Source: Gemmatimonadota bacterium
GTDB lineage: Bacteria; Gemmatimonadota; Gemmatimonadetes; Gemmatimonadales; GWC2-71-9
DNA length: 53,344 nt
Assembly: GCA_003251175.1 (NCBI GenBank)
Contig: QKHC01000039.1
Location: forward strand, 1 to 53,344
Direction of reading: 5' to 3'
Part shown: in pieces, positions 1 through 10,985 of the stretch
Numbering within the stretch: the stretch's first letter is position 1
Layout of the letters: the number at the start of each line of letters is the position of its first letter
Notes under the pieces: generated by a model
The model's database searches: none
Seen by the model: the letters and a program-made list of their open reading frames with translations, nothing else
What the model was told of the DNA's origin: nothing
Made by a program: the position numbers and the translations under genes

Positions 1-1
1 G

Positions 2-624
<623 letters not shown>

Positions 625-628
<4 letters not shown>

Positions 629-1968
629 CCGGCCTGTTGGCGGCGACCATGTCCACAACCTCGACGGCAGCTGAGCGGTTCGTGGCGGCGCATCGGGAAT
701 TCGCTGCCAATGGCGGGCAGCACGACCCGACATGGTTGCGGGAGCTGCGCGGTGGAGCGATTGCCCGATTCGGCGAGCTGGGGTTCCCCACGACGCGCCA
801 GGAGGATTGGCGGTTCACCAATGTGGGTCCGCTTGCGGAGCTGGTGTTCGAGCGCACGCCGGAGGTGACGCGCCCGGTGGCGCCGACGGCCCTCGCGCCG
901 TTCGTGCTCGGCGCGGCGGCGCCGCATGGGCTGGTGTTCGTCAATGGCCGATTCTCCGCCGCCCTGTCGCAGGTCGAGCGGTTCCCCGCCGGTGTACGGG
1001 CGGAAAGCCTGAAGGCTGCGTTGCGGCGCGATCCGGCCGCGGTGGAGCGGCACCTGGGGCGGGTCGCCGCGGTCGGTGATCACGCCTTCCAGGCGCTCAA
1101 CACCGCGTTTCTGGATGATGGGGCCTTCGTGGAGGTCGCAGCTGGGGTCACCCTGGGGGATCCCCTGCAGTTGCTGTTTCTCACCACCCCCGGGACGACT
1201 CCCGTAGTGACACACCCGCGGTCGTTGATCGTGATGGAGCGCGGCAGCCGCGCGGCGGTCGTGGAGACCTACGCGGCTCTGGGGACGGGTCGCTACTGGA
1301 CCAACGCGGTGACCGAGATCGTCGTGGGTGACGGGGCTCGGCTCGACTGCCACCGGATACAGCGCGAGGGTGAGGACGCGTTCCACGTGGCGACGACCGA
1401 ATCCCGGCAGGGTCGCGACAGCACACTGAACCTGCATTTGGTGGCCTTCGGCGGGGTGCTGGCGAGGCACGATCTGCGAACCGGACTCGACGGCCCCGGC
1501 GCAACCGCGGTGCTCAACGGCCTCTACCTGCCGCGGAATCGTCAGCACGTGGATCACCACACCGTGATTGACCACCGGGCACCGCACTGCGAGAGCCACG
1601 AGTACTTCAACGGCGTGCTCGACGGTCACGCTCGGAGCGTGTTCAACGGCCGGATCATTGTTCGACCGGGCGCGCAGCGCACCGATTCGAAGCAGACCAA
1701 CAGCAACATGCTCCTGTCGGCCGAGGCACGGGCCGACAGTCAGCCGCAGCTCGAGATCTACGCCGACGACGTGAAGTGCACCCACGGGTCGACGACCGGT
1801 CCACTGGACGAGCGCCATGTGTTCTATCTGCGGAGCCGGGGTCTGGACCCGGCGGCGGCCCGGCAGCTGCTGACCTACGGATTCAGCCGGGAGATTCTGG
1901 AGCGCATGGAGGTCGGGCCGCTCCGGGATCAGCTGGACGCACTGGTGCGCGAGCGGGTCTGGGGATGA
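625..1968 (+). CDS. sufD: Fe-S cluster assembly protein SufD
   Basis: FPTTRQEDWRFT N-terminal motif, beta-helix region, PQLEIYADDVKCTHG, FYLRSRG. Start is GTG 625 or ATG 649. Confidence 0.93.
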
Positions 1969-2429
1969 GCGGCGCGCTGGCGGAGCTGTATCAACAGCTG
2001 ATCATCGAGCACAGTCGATCGCCGCGCAACCAGCGAGCCGTGGCGGGCGCGAATCGCACCGCGGAAGGGATCAATCCGCTGTGTGGCGATCAGATCACGC
2101 TGCAGCTGCGGGTCGAGGGGGATCGGGTGGCCGACGTTGGATTCGAAGGCAGCGGATGCGCCATCTCGAAGGCGTCAGCCTCGCTGATGACCGGCGCGGT
2201 GCTCGGCAAGACCCTCGCGGAGGCGGACGCGCTGTTTGAGCAGTTCCACCAGATGGTGACGAGTCGAGCGGATGCGCCGGTGAGCGACGCGGCACTGGGT
2301 AAGCTGGCCGCGCTGGCAGGGGTGCGCGCGTTCCCGGCGCGTGTGAAGTGTGCCAGCCTGGCATGGCATACGCTGCACGCGGCGCTGGCCGGCGGCGGGG
2401 CCGTCTCTACGGAATCGGCAACGGAGTGA
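1965..2429 (+). CDS. sufU: SufU (NifU/IscU-like zinc sulfurtransferase)
   Basis: ATG 1965 in an ATGA overlap with the sufD stop. Motifs LYQQLIIEH, NPLCGD, GCAISKAS, RVKCASLAWH. Confidence 0.92.
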   Translation: MSGALAELYQQLIIEHSRSPRNQRAVAGANRTAEGINPLCGDQITLQLRVEGDRVADVGFEGSGCAISKASASLMTGAVLGKTLAEADALFEQFHQMVTSRADAPVSDAALGKLAALAGVRAFPARVKCASLAWHTLHAALAGGGAVSTESATE

Positions 2430-2431
2430 GG

Positions 2432-3658
2432 ATGCTCGACGCCACCCGGGTGCGTGAGGATTTTCCGATTCTCGCCACCGGCTCCGACGGGCGCCGCCTC
2501 ATCTACCTGGACAATGCCGCCACCACCCAGAAGCCCCGCCGGGTGATCGACGCGGTGCGCCAATACTACGAGAGCAGCAACGCCAACGTGCATCGTGGCG
2601 CGTACGCGCTGGCGGTGCGGGCGACGGAACTGTACGAGGCCGCGCGCGAGCGGGTGGCGGGGTTCGTGGGCGCCTGGGGTCCCGAATCCGTCGTGTTCAC
2701 ACGCGGTACCACTGAGGCGATCAACCTCGTCGCCACCTCGTGGGGTCGGGCGCACGTGCGGGCCGGCGACAGCGTAGTGGTGACGGCCATGGACCACCAC
2801 TCCAACCTCATCCCGTGGCAGCTGCTGTGCCGGGAACGGGAAGCCACGCTGCGGATGGTGGGGGTGACTCCCGAGGGAGCGATCGATCAGGATGACCTGC
2901 GGAGCGCCCTGGCCCGGGGCCCGCGCCTGGTCGCGTTCCCATTCGTGTCGAACGCACTGGGTACGATCAACCCGGCGGCGGAGCTGGTCCGCATGGCGCA
3001 CGAGGTCGGGGCGGCGGTGCTCATCGACGGTGCCCAGGCTGCCCCGCACCTTCCGGTCGACCTGCAGGCGCTCGATTGTGACTTCTTCGCCTTTTCGGGT
3101 CACAAGATGCTGGGCCCCATGGGAAGCGGCGGGCTCGTGGCCAAACCCGCGCTGCTCGATGCCATGCCGCCGTATCAGGGCGGCGGCGAGATGATCGCCC
3201 AGGTGTGGGACGACCGCGCCACCTGGAATCGGATCCCCCACAAGTTCGAGGCAGGAACCCCGAACGTCGCGGCGGCGGTGGGGCTGATGGCAGCGATGGA
3301 CTACCTGGACGGGCTGGGACGCGGGGCGGTGGCGGCCCACGAATCGGCGCTGGCACGCGGCGCGATCGACCGGCTCGGCGAATTGGATGGTGTGCGTGTC
3401 TTCGGACCACGCGGTGACCGGTCAGGCGTGGTTTCGTTCGTGTTCGGAGGGATTCACCCGCACGATCTGGCGACCATCGTGGACCAGGACGGGGTGTGCA
3501 TCCGTGCGGGACACCACTGCGCGCAACCGTTGATGCGCCGCTTGGGCGTGCCCGCGACCGCGCGGGCCTCGTTCTATGTGTACAACGACGTGAGCGATAT
3601 CGATGTGCTGATCGGCGCCCTGCGGAAGGCTGCCGCGCTGTTCCGCGTGTCGGTCTGA
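2432..3658 (+). CDS. sufS: Cysteine desulfurase SufS
   Basis: YLDNAATTQKP, ANVHRG, FSGHKM (PLP lysine) and RAGHHCAQP (group II catalytic Cys). ATG 2432 lies two bases after the sufU stop. Confidence 0.95.
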   Translation: MLDATRVREDFPILATGSDGRRLIYLDNAATTQKPRRVIDAVRQYYESSNANVHRGAYALAVRATELYEAARERVAGFVGAWGPESVVFTRGTTEAINLVATSWGRAHVRAGDSVVVTAMDHHSNLIPWQLLCREREATLRMVGVTPEGAIDQDDLRSALARGPRLVAFPFVSNALGTINPAAELVRMAHEVGAAVLIDGAQAAPHLPVDLQALDCDFFAFSGHKMLGPMGSGGLVAKPALLDAMPPYQGGGEMIAQVWDDRATWNRIPHKFEAGTPNVAAAVGLMAAMDYLDGLGRGAVAAHESALARGAIDRLGELDGVRVFGPRGDRSGVVSFVFGGIHPHDLATIVDQDGVCIRAGHHCAQPLMRRLGVPATARASFYVYNDVSDIDVLIGALRKAAALFRVSV

Positions 3659-3741
3659 CTCGAGCGGCCGTCGGCTGCTCGGGCGCGCGCCCCCGCCCCG
3701 GCGCTCTATATTCAAGTGTTCCCCACAACCGGCCAACGACT

Positions 3742-4707
3742 ATGCACGGTTCCGTCGTGGCGATGGACCGCGTAACCAAGCGATTCACCGGACATACCGC
3801 CGTCGATGCTCTGTCGCTCGAGGTACCGGCAGGCATGATCTATGGTCTCCTGGGCCCGAATGGCGCCGGCAAGACCACTGCGATCCGCATGATCATGAAC
3901 ATCCTGATTCCCGATGAGGGATCGGTGAGCCTGTTCGGCACGGCCGGCACGGGCCGCGACTACTCTGCCCGAATCGGCTTCCTGCCCGAGGAGCGAGGGC
4001 TCTACCCGAAAATGCGGGTTCTCGACGTGCTGGTGTTCCTCGCGGAAGCGAAGGGCGTGGACCGGCGGATCGCGCGGGCCCGGGGGCAGGAGTGGCTCGA
4101 GCGACTGGGGCTGGGCGATTGGTCGCTGCGACGGGTGGCGGATCTGTCCAAGGGCATGCAGCAGAAGGTGCAGTTCATTTCCACCGTCCTGCACGACCCG
4201 GATCTGGTGGTGCTCGACGAGCCGTTCTCGGGACTCGATCCGGTCAACACGCAGGTCATGAAGGACACGGTCCTGGACCTGCGACGGCGTGGCAAGACGA
4301 TTCTGTTCTCGACGCACATCATGGAGCACGCCGAGAAGCTGTGCGACCAGCTGTGCATCATCGCCCGAGGCCGGAAACTGGTGGACGGTACTCCGGCGGC
4401 CGTGACGCTCGCGCACGGCGGGCGGCATGTCACGGTGGCGTTTGAAGCTCCGCCTCCCGAGGCAGCGAGCCAGGTGTTTGCCGATCGCACGCTGGTCGTC
4501 GGCGTCCAGGACTACGGCCGCTATGCGGAGCTGGAGCTGGCCGAGGGCAGCGACCCGCAGGAGATCCTCAGACGGTTGGTGGCGGGAGGCGCCCGGCTGA
4601 GCCGCTTCGACATCGCCGGACCGAGCCTGCACAAGGTCTTCGTCGATCTCGTGGGTCCGGACGCCGCGCGGGCCGAAGCTGTCGGCGGGAGGGTGGCCGA
4701 TGCGTAA
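3742..4707 (+). CDS. ABC transporter ATP-binding subunit (NatA/YhaQ-like)
   Basis: Walker A GPNGAGKT, signature LSKGMQQK, Walker B VVLDEPFSGLDP. ATG 3742 lies downstream of TATATT at 3707-3712. Confidence 0.9.
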   Translation: MHGSVVAMDRVTKRFTGHTAVDALSLEVPAGMIYGLLGPNGAGKTTAIRMIMNILIPDEGSVSLFGTAGTGRDYSARIGFLPEERGLYPKMRVLDVLVFLAEAKGVDRRIARARGQEWLERLGLGDWSLRRVADLSKGMQQKVQFISTVLHDPDLVVLDEPFSGLDPVNTQVMKDTVLDLRRRGKTILFSTHIMEHAEKLCDQLCIIARGRKLVDGTPAAVTLAHGGRHVTVAFEAPPPEAASQVFADRTLVVGVQDYGRYAELELAEGSDPQEILRRLVAGGARLSRFDIAGPSLHKVFVDLVGPDAARAEAVGGRVADA

Positions 4708-5950
4708 GGTGTGGGCCGTCGTGCGGCGTGAGTTCGTGGAGCGGGTGCGTACCCGGGCGATGTGGATCTCAGCGGTGCTCGGCCCGGTGTTTTTCGCGGC
4801 GATGATCTTCCTGCCCCTGCTCCTCGCCGGTGGGGGCCACAAGACGATCGTCGTGGTCGATGCCACGACGACAGCCTTCGGCGAACGGGTCGCGCGTGGC
4901 CTGCAGGGCGCGAACTTCACTGTGGCACGCGTGGCGAGCCGGCCGGGGGTGCTGGATTCACTGACGGTCGAGGTGAGCGACGGCCGCCTCGATGGGTTCC
5001 TGCTGATTTCCGACAGCCTGCTGGAGGCGGGAGCAGCGGAGTATCGAGCGTCCAACGTCTCGTCGTTCACGACGATCGAGCGTCTGGAGCGTGGGCTGCA
5101 GCAGATCGCCGTGCGGGCGCGGCTCGAGCGAGAGGGGGTCGATCCCGCCGTGGTGGGACGGGCACAGCTGCGGATGGATCTCAGCACCAAGAAGATCGCG
5201 CGCGGCCGAACGGTGGAAGAGTCGGCCGGGCAGTCGTTTTCGCTGGCCTACTTCATGGGGATCATCCTGTACATCGCCATCACGCTCTATGGCGTGAACG
5301 TCATGAATTCGGTGCTGGAGGAGAAGACGACGCGCATCGTCGAGGTGCTGATCAGCTCGTTGCGGCCGGCTCAGCTGATGGCGGGCAAACTGCTCGGTGT
5401 CGGGGCGGTATCGCTGCTCCAGTTCGTGATCTGGGGAGTGTCGGCGGGTCTGATGCTGGGACATCGGGCGAGCATTGCCGCGCGCCTGGGTATGCCGGGC
5501 GAGGTGTCGGTGTTCGAGGTGCCCGACGTCACCCTGGCGACGGGCGTCGTCTTCCTGGTGTACTTCCTGGGTGGATTCTTCCTCTATTCTGCGATGTTCG
5601 CGGCGGTTGGGGCGATCTCGAGCAGCGAGCAGGAGGCACGACAGGCACAGGTCCCGGTGACGCTGTTGCTGCTGGTCTCGTTCATGGGGATGTTCTCCAT
5701 GCTGAACGACCCGGACTCGACCTTCGCGGTCACGTTGTCGATCGTACCCTTCACATCACCGATCGCGATGCCCGTGCGCTGGGCGGCAGGCAGCCTGCCG
5801 CTGTCGGAGGTAGTGCTTTCGGTGGCGACGCTGGTGGTGGGAATCATCGTGGTCACCGCGGTCGCGGCGCGCATCTACCGCGTCGGTATCCTGATGACCG
5901 GCAAGCGGCCCGCGCTGCGCGAGGTGATCCGCTGGGTCGGTCGCGCGTGA
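4700..5950 (+). CDS. ABC-2 type permease (NatB/YhaP-like)
   Basis: N-terminal TM, large extracytoplasmic loop, EEKTTRIVEVLISS motif, several C-terminal TMs. Overlaps the ATPase gene by 8 bp. Confidence 0.88.
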   Translation: MRKVWAVVRREFVERVRTRAMWISAVLGPVFFAAMIFLPLLLAGGGHKTIVVVDATTTAFGERVARGLQGANFTVARVASRPGVLDSLTVEVSDGRLDGFLLISDSLLEAGAAEYRASNVSSFTTIERLERGLQQIAVRARLEREGVDPAVVGRAQLRMDLSTKKIARGRTVEESAGQSFSLAYFMGIILYIAITLYGVNVMNSVLEEKTTRIVEVLISSLRPAQLMAGKLLGVGAVSLLQFVIWGVSAGLMLGHRASIAARLGMPGEVSVFEVPDVTLATGVVFLVYFLGGFFLYSAMFAAVGAISSSEQEARQAQVPVTLLLLVSFMGMFSMLNDPDSTFAVTLSIVPFTSPIAMPVRWAAGSLPLSEVVLSVATLVVGIIVVTAVAARIYRVGILMTGKRPALREVIRWVGRA

Positions 5951-6062
5951 CGCCGGGCGACTAGTCGGGCGCCACACGCCGGCGGTGCGCCACCTGGCGC
6001 GCCAGGCCGTCCGCCTCTCCCAACTCACTGGACCGGACTGGGCGCACCGCGGTGCGGTCCTC

Positions 6063-6068
6063 TATACT
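6063..6068 (+). promoter_or_regulatory. -10 element of a probable leaderless mnmG promoter
   Basis: TATACT 8 nt upstream of ATG 6077 with no Shine-Dalgarno between them. Confidence 0.5.
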
Positions 6069-6076
6069 TGTGAGCC

Positions 6077-7936
6077 ATGTCGCGCTACGACGTCATCGTG
6101 ATCGGGGGAGGCCACGCCGGTGCGGAAGCCTGCGCCATGGCGGCACGGCTCGGTGCGCGCACGCTGCTGATTACGTCGGCGCTCGACACCATCGGCCAGA
6201 TGTCCTGCAACCCCGCTATCGGGGGGATCGCCAAGGGCACCGTGGTGCGGGAGGTCGATGCCCTGGGGGGCATCATGGGTCGCGCCGCCGATGTGGCGCG
6301 GATCCAGTTTCGCATGCTCAATCGCACCAAGGGGCCGGCGGTGTGGGCACCGCGCGTGCAATGTGACCGCACGCTGTATCGTCGGGCAGTGCGTCAGGCG
6401 CTGGAGCGTTTCGCAACGCTGGAGCTCACCCAGGGAACGGTCGCGCGCCTGCTGCTTGCGGGAAGCCGCGTCGCGGGCGTCGAGGTCACCGACGGTCGGC
6501 AATTCGCGGCCCGCGCCGTGATTGTGACTGCGGGGACGTTTCTGCGCGGGAGGATTCATGTCGGAACGACGGTCCAGACACCGGCCGGTCGAGCCGGGGA
6601 TCCACCATCCGTTGAGTTGGCGCAAGACATTGAAAGACTTGGACTTACGGTATCGCGCTTCAAGACGGGAACGCCGCCCCGCGTGGACGGGCGCAGCGTG
6701 GATTGGTCGCGAGTGGCGCGCCAGGATGGCGAGGGGGACGAGTTTCGTTTCAGCTTCTACGAGCGCCATCCGGTGCCGCGCCAGGTGCCGTGCTGGATCA
6801 CGTGGGCAGGGGCCGAGGCGAAGGCGGTCATCGAGCGCAGCCTGAGTGAATCGGCGCTGTACGGCGGCGCCATCGCGTCTCGCGGGCCGCGGTATTGTCC
6901 TTCCGTTGAGGACAAGATCGTCAAGTTCCCCCACGCCGGGCGCCACCAGGTGTTTCTCGAGCCAGAAGGCCTCGACACGGAGGAGTTGTACCTCAACGGT
7001 CTGTCCACTTCCCTGCCCGTCACCGTTCAGCTGGAATTGTTGCGCACCATCCCGGGGTTGGAGCGCGCGAGAATGACGCGCCCGGGATATGCGATCGAGT
7101 ACGACTACTGTCCGCCAACCCAGTTGACTCCGTGGCTCGAGACGAAGGCGGTCGAGAGCCTCTTCCTTGCGGGACAGGTGAACGGTACGACGGGGTATGA
7201 GGAGGCGGCGGCACAGGGTGTTGTGGCCGGGATCAATGCGGCGCGCCGAGTGCGGGGGCTCGAGCCGATCGTGCTGGGCCGGGAGGACGCCTATGTCGGC
7301 GTGCTGGTGGACGACCTGGTGACCCGGGGAGTGGATGAGCCGTACCGCTTGTTCACCTCCCGCGCCGAGTTCCGGTTGCTGCTGCGCCAGGACAACGCGC
7401 TGCGGCGTCTCCTCCCTCTCGGAGAGCGACTGGGGCTGTTGAGCGACGAGGAGCGACGTGTCGCCCACGCCCGGTTGCAGCGCGAGGAGCAGGTGCTTGA
7501 GGTGGCGAGGAGTGTGTCGCTCAGCCCCGGTCAGGCGGCGGAAGCGCTGGACGGCGAGCCACCGGTGAACGGCCAGCGAGTGGCCCAGCTGGCGCGTCGT
7601 CCCGGTGTGCCTCTCACCAGGTTGCTGCAGGTGGCTGGCCGATTGGAGGGCCTCGACGGCGAAGCAGTAATAACAGCGGAGGTCGAACTCAAGTACGAGG
7701 GCTATCTCGCACGGGAGCGGGCGGCGGCCGCTCGTCTCGTTGAGCTGGCCAGCTTCCGACTTGCCGAGGACTTGCCTTACGAGGAATTGCGCACCCTGTC
7801 TACTGAGGCGAGACAGAAGCTCGCCGCGGTCCGCCCAACGTCGTTGGCCCAGGCCGGGCGAATCCCCGGGGTGTCGGCCAGCGACCTGCAGAACCTCGTG
7901 CTTGAGGCTACTCGACGGCAACGAGCGTCCAGTTAG
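6077..7936 (+). CDS. mnmG: tRNA uridine-5-carboxymethylaminomethyl modification enzyme MnmG (GidA)
   Basis: [67 protein letters not shown]. Confidence 0.97.
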   Translation: MSRYDVIVIGGGHAGAEACAMAARLGARTLLITSALDTIGQMSCNPAIGGIAKGTVVREVDALGGIMGRAADVARIQFRMLNRTKGPAVWAPRVQCDRTLYRRAVRQALERFATLELTQGTVARLLLAGSRVAGVEVTDGRQFAARAVIVTAGTFLRGRIHVGTTVQTPAGRAGDPPSVELAQDIERLGLTVSRFKTGTPPRVDGRSVDWSRVARQDGEGDEFRFSFYERHPVPRQVPCWITWAGAEAKAVIERSLSESALYGGAIASRGPRYCPSVEDKIVKFPHAGRHQVFLEPEGLDTEELYLNGLSTSLPVTVQLELLRTIPGLERARMTRPGYAIEYDYCPPTQLTPWLETKAVESLFLAGQVNGTTGYEEAAAQGVVAGINAARRVRGLEPIVLGREDAYVGVLVDDLVTRGVDEPYRLFTSRAEFRLLLRQDNALRRLLPLGERLGLLSDEERRVAHARLQREEQVLEVARSVSLSPGQAAEALDGEPPVNGQRVAQLARRPGVPLTRLLQVAGRLEGLDGEAVITAEVELKYEGYLARERAAAARLVELASFRLAEDLPYEELRTLSTEARQKLAAVRPTSLAQAGRIPGVSASDLQNLVLEATRRQRASS

Positions 7937-7948
7937 CACCGAGCCCGT

Positions 7949-7964
7949 TGTTTCACGTGAAACA
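7949..7964. promoter_or_regulatory. parS: parS centromere-like site
   Basis: Perfect 16-bp palindrome TGTTTCACGTGAAACA, identical to the canonical parS consensus, directly upstream of parAB. Confidence 0.93.
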
Positions 7965-8005
7965 CCTCTTTCACCTCGCAGGGGCGCACGATATATTGGT
8001 ACGCT

Positions 8006-8018
8006 CAAGTAGTTGATT
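8006..8018 (-). promoter_or_regulatory. IHF-consensus site upstream of parA
   Basis: The minus strand reads AATCAACTACTTG, matching WATCAANNNNTTR. Confidence 0.45.
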
Positions 8019-8056
8019 CCTGTGTAACTCATTATCTAACAACGAGTTACGACTTT

Positions 8057-8887
8057 TTGTCTCGCGTCGTCGCGATTGCCAATCAGAAGGGCGGTGTTGG
8101 AAAGACGACCACCGCCGTCAATCTCTCGGCCTCGCTGGCAGCGGCCGAGCGCAAGACGCTGCTGATCGATGCCGATCCGCAGGGCAACGCCACCAGCGGC
8201 GTCGGCATCGATGCTCAGCGCCTCAGCTCCTCGCTGTACGAGGCGCTCCTCGAAGGGGAGCCGCTCGCGGGGGCGCGGCTCAGCCAGGTGCACTTCGCCA
8301 ACCTCGACGTCGTCCCCGCCACCCAAGATCTGGTCGGTGCCGAGGTCGAGCTCGTCAATCGGCCATCGCGCGAGACCGCCTTGCGGCGCGCGCTACGGGA
8401 TCTGCGCGACGAGTACCAGTACGTCATCATTGATTGTCCGCCGTCCCTCGGACTGCTAACGCTGAACGTTCTCACAGCCGCGGACAGCGTCATCATCCCG
8501 ATCCAGTGCGAGTACTATGCGTTGGAAGGGCTTTCGCAGCTGCTCAATACGATCAAGCTCGTGCAGCGCAACTTCAACGGCGCGCTCGCGATCGACGGGG
8601 TGCTGCTCACGATGTACGACGCCCGGCTCAATCTCAGCCGGCAGGTGGCCGCGGAAGCGAAGGAGTATTTCGGAAGCCGCATGTTCAACATGACGATCCC
8701 CCGCAACGTGCGCCTCGCCGAAGCGCCGAGCTTCGGAAAGCCGATCATCCTTTACGACGTGCAGTCAGTCGGGTCGCGGACGTACGTGGCGGTGGCGATG
8801 GAGCTGATCAGCCGCGTGGAGCGCGGAACGCAGCAGGAGTCCCCTGCCCCACCGGTACCGCTGGCTACACCGGAGCTGTCGGCGTGA
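8057..8887 (+). CDS. parA: Chromosome partitioning ATPase ParA/Soj
   Basis: Deviant Walker A NQKGGVGKTT, DADPQGNAT, IDCPPSLG, QCEYYALEG, IPRNVRLAEAPS. TTG start. Confidence 0.96.
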   Translation: MSRVVAIANQKGGVGKTTTAVNLSASLAAAERKTLLIDADPQGNATSGVGIDAQRLSSSLYEALLEGEPLAGARLSQVHFANLDVVPATQDLVGAEVELVNRPSRETALRRALRDLRDEYQYVIIDCPPSLGLLTLNVLTAADSVIIPIQCEYYALEGLSQLLNTIKLVQRNFNGALAIDGVLLTMYDARLNLSRQVAAEAKEYFGSRMFNMTIPRNVRLAEAPSFGKPIILYDVQSVGSRTYVAVAMELISRVERGTQQESPAPPVPLATPELSA

Positions 8888-9780
8888 CCTCGGGCGCACC
8901 GGCGGGTCGCCGCCGACTCGGCCGCGGTCTCGAAGCGCTGCTCGGTTCGACGCGCGAGGAAGCCGAGCGCGAAGGCAGCCTGATCGAAGTCGCGATCGAC
9001 CAGATTCGCGCCAACCCCTATCAGCCGCGGCGCGCCGTCGACCCGGAGGCCCTCGAGGAGTTGAAGTCCTCCATCCGTCAGGCGGGACTGCTTCAGCCGG
9101 TAGTGGTGCGAACCGCGCCCGACGGCGGGGCGGGGTTCGAGTTGATCGCCGGCGAGCGCCGCCTGCGTGCGTGCCAGGCGCTGGGGTGGCAGCGGATCCC
9201 GGCAGTGAAACGCGACGCCGACGACCGCACGTTGCTGACCCTCGCGCTGATCGAGAACCTGCAGCGTGACGACCTCTCGCCGGTGGACGAGGCGCGCGGC
9301 TACGAGCGCCTGGTGACCGAATTCGAACTCTCTCATCAGGACATCGCCGACGCCGTCGGCCGAGATCGGTCCACCGTCGCGAACGCGCTGCGCCTGCTGA
9401 AGCTCCCGGATGCCGTGCTCACCATGCTGCACGCCGGACACCTGTCCGTCGGCCACGGGCGTGCCCTGCTGGCGGTCACCGATACCCGTGTGGTGGTGAC
9501 CATGGCACGGGAAGCCGTGGCCCAGCGCCTCTCCGTGCGGGAGATGGAGGACCGGGTTCGCGGGGGGCGGCGACCCACACGACGCCCGCGCTTGCGCCCG
9601 GGCACAGCCACCGCACCCGAGGTGCGGCGCATCGAAGACGCCCTGCGCCGCTACCTCGGCACCGACGTGCGCGTGACGGTCCGCGCCAAGGGCAAGGGGC
9701 AGATTCACATCGCGTTCTACTCCAACGACGACCTCGCGCGTCAGCTCGAGCTGATCTTCGGCGCGCCATTCGACGGATGA
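8884..9780 (+). CDS. parB: Chromosome partitioning protein ParB/Spo0J
   Basis: LGRGLEALL ParA-interaction motif, NPYQPRR, IAGERRLRA arginine patch, IENLQRDDL and HTH. GTG 8884 overlaps the parA stop. Confidence 0.96.
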   Translation: MTSGAPAGRRRLGRGLEALLGSTREEAEREGSLIEVAIDQIRANPYQPRRAVDPEALEELKSSIRQAGLLQPVVVRTAPDGGAGFELIAGERRLRACQALGWQRIPAVKRDADDRTLLTLALIENLQRDDLSPVDEARGYERLVTEFELSHQDIADAVGRDRSTVANALRLLKLPDAVLTMLHAGHLSVGHGRALLAVTDTRVVVTMAREAVAQRLSVREMEDRVRGGRRPTRRPRLRPGTATAPEVRRIEDALRRYLGTDVRVTVRAKGKGQIHIAFYSNDDLARQLELIFGAPFDG

Positions 9781-10571
9781 AAGCCCGCTCCGTCACGATC
9801 GTCGTCCACACCGACGGCGAACTGCGGACACGCACCTACCGCTTGCCCCTGTGGGCCGTGCGACTCGCAAAGGCCGTCGGCCTGGCGGTCACCGCTCTCG
9901 CCGTGCTGTTCTTCGCATTCGCCGGACCGATCACGCGTGCCGCCGCCCGCGTCCCGACACTCGAGGCCGAGGTGTCGCGCCTCCGCAGTGAAAACGCGCG
10001 CGTGCTCGAGCTCGCGGCGGCTCTGAACCGCGCCGAGGCCAGTTACCAGGAGTTGCGCAGCGTGCTCGGCGCGCCGACCGCGGGCGCCGATCCCAGCCAG
10101 CGGCGCTCCGGAGAACTACCGCGGACGCGCGTCATCACCGCGCGCCTGCCCGGGACGCGGAGCCGGTACGAGATCGGCCCCAGCGTCCCCAGCCATTGGC
10201 CCCTCGACGAGCGGGGATTTGTCACCCGGGGGCAGATTCGGCCCGGTTCCGAAGCGGAGTCGCATCCGGGAATCGACATCGCCGTTCCGGTGGGCACACC
10301 GGTGCGCGCCGCCGGCGGCGGGTCGGTGGAACTCACAGGTGTGCGCGACGATTATGGCGTGTTCGTGCTGCTGCGCCATCCGGATGGCTATGAGACATTG
10401 TATGGCCACGCGTCGCGTGTCCTAGTGCGCGACGGCGATTCGGTGAGCGCCGGACAGGTCATCGCCTTGTCCGGCAATACGGGGCGCTCCACAGCGCCTC
10501 ATTTGCACTTCGAGGTCCGGCGCGGCCGGCAGATGCTCGACCCGCTGTCGCTCCTGAAGGAGGGTACCTGA
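9777..10571 (+). CDS. M23 family metallopeptidase with N-terminal TM and coiled coil
   Basis: HPGID (HxxxD), YGH and STAPHLHFE (HxH) LytM motifs. ATGA overlap with parB. Confidence 0.9.
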   Translation: MKARSVTIVVHTDGELRTRTYRLPLWAVRLAKAVGLAVTALAVLFFAFAGPITRAAARVPTLEAEVSRLRSENARVLELAAALNRAEASYQELRSVLGAPTAGADPSQRRSGELPRTRVITARLPGTRSRYEIGPSVPSHWPLDERGFVTRGQIRPGSEAESHPGIDIAVPVGTPVRAAGGGSVELTGVRDDYGVFVLLRHPDGYETLYGHASRVLVRDGDSVSAGQVIALSGNTGRSTAPHLHFEVRRGRQMLDPLSLLKEGT

Positions 10572-10963
10572 TGGCAATCTTCGCGGAGAAGGGAACCGCG
10601 GGCGCGGAAGCTGAAGCCGGACTCTCGATCATCGCCAGTGGGATGGAAGTGGTCGGGGACGTCATGGCGGAGGGAATCCTCAAAATCGAGGGCACGGTCC
10701 GCGGCAACCTGCGGGTCGGCCGCCAGGTGCTCGTCGCCAAGGGTGGCCTGGTTGAAGGGGACATCCACACCCGCGAGGCAATCATCGGTGGGGAAGTGCG
10801 GGGCAGCATCGTGGCCACAGAGCGGGTCGAGATCCAGCCTCGCTCGGTGGTGCATGGGGACATCACCACGCCGAACCTGCTCGTACAGGAAGGCGGTGAG
10901 GTGAACGGTGTGCTGCGTATGGGGGCGGCGGTGACCGATGCCGCTGCGGTGCAGGTGGCCTGA
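10571..10963 (+). CDS. Bactofilin (polymer-forming cytoskeletal protein, CcmA family)
   Basis: SII..G..V.GD....G.LKIEG.V.GN repeat pattern of the bactofilin beta-helix. 1-bp overlap with the M23 stop. Confidence 0.9.
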   Translation: MAIFAEKGTAGAEAEAGLSIIASGMEVVGDVMAEGILKIEGTVRGNLRVGRQVLVAKGGLVEGDIHTREAIIGGEVRGSIVATERVEIQPRSVVHGDITTPNLLVQEGGEVNGVLRMGAAVTDAAAVQVA

Positions 10964-10985
10964 AAAGACGGCCGCCGGCATCGCA

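Noticed and set aside
3661-3681. Hairpins after sufS, at 5951-6010 and at 43740-43784 as terminators or ncRNAs
   Set aside because: Short GC-rich stems without U-tracts or a recognisable RNA family. They are expected by chance at this GC content.
8024-8050. dif/Xer site or transposon end
   Set aside because: Does not match the 11-6-11 dif consensus, lies in an origin-type context, and there is no recombinase or transposase in the window.
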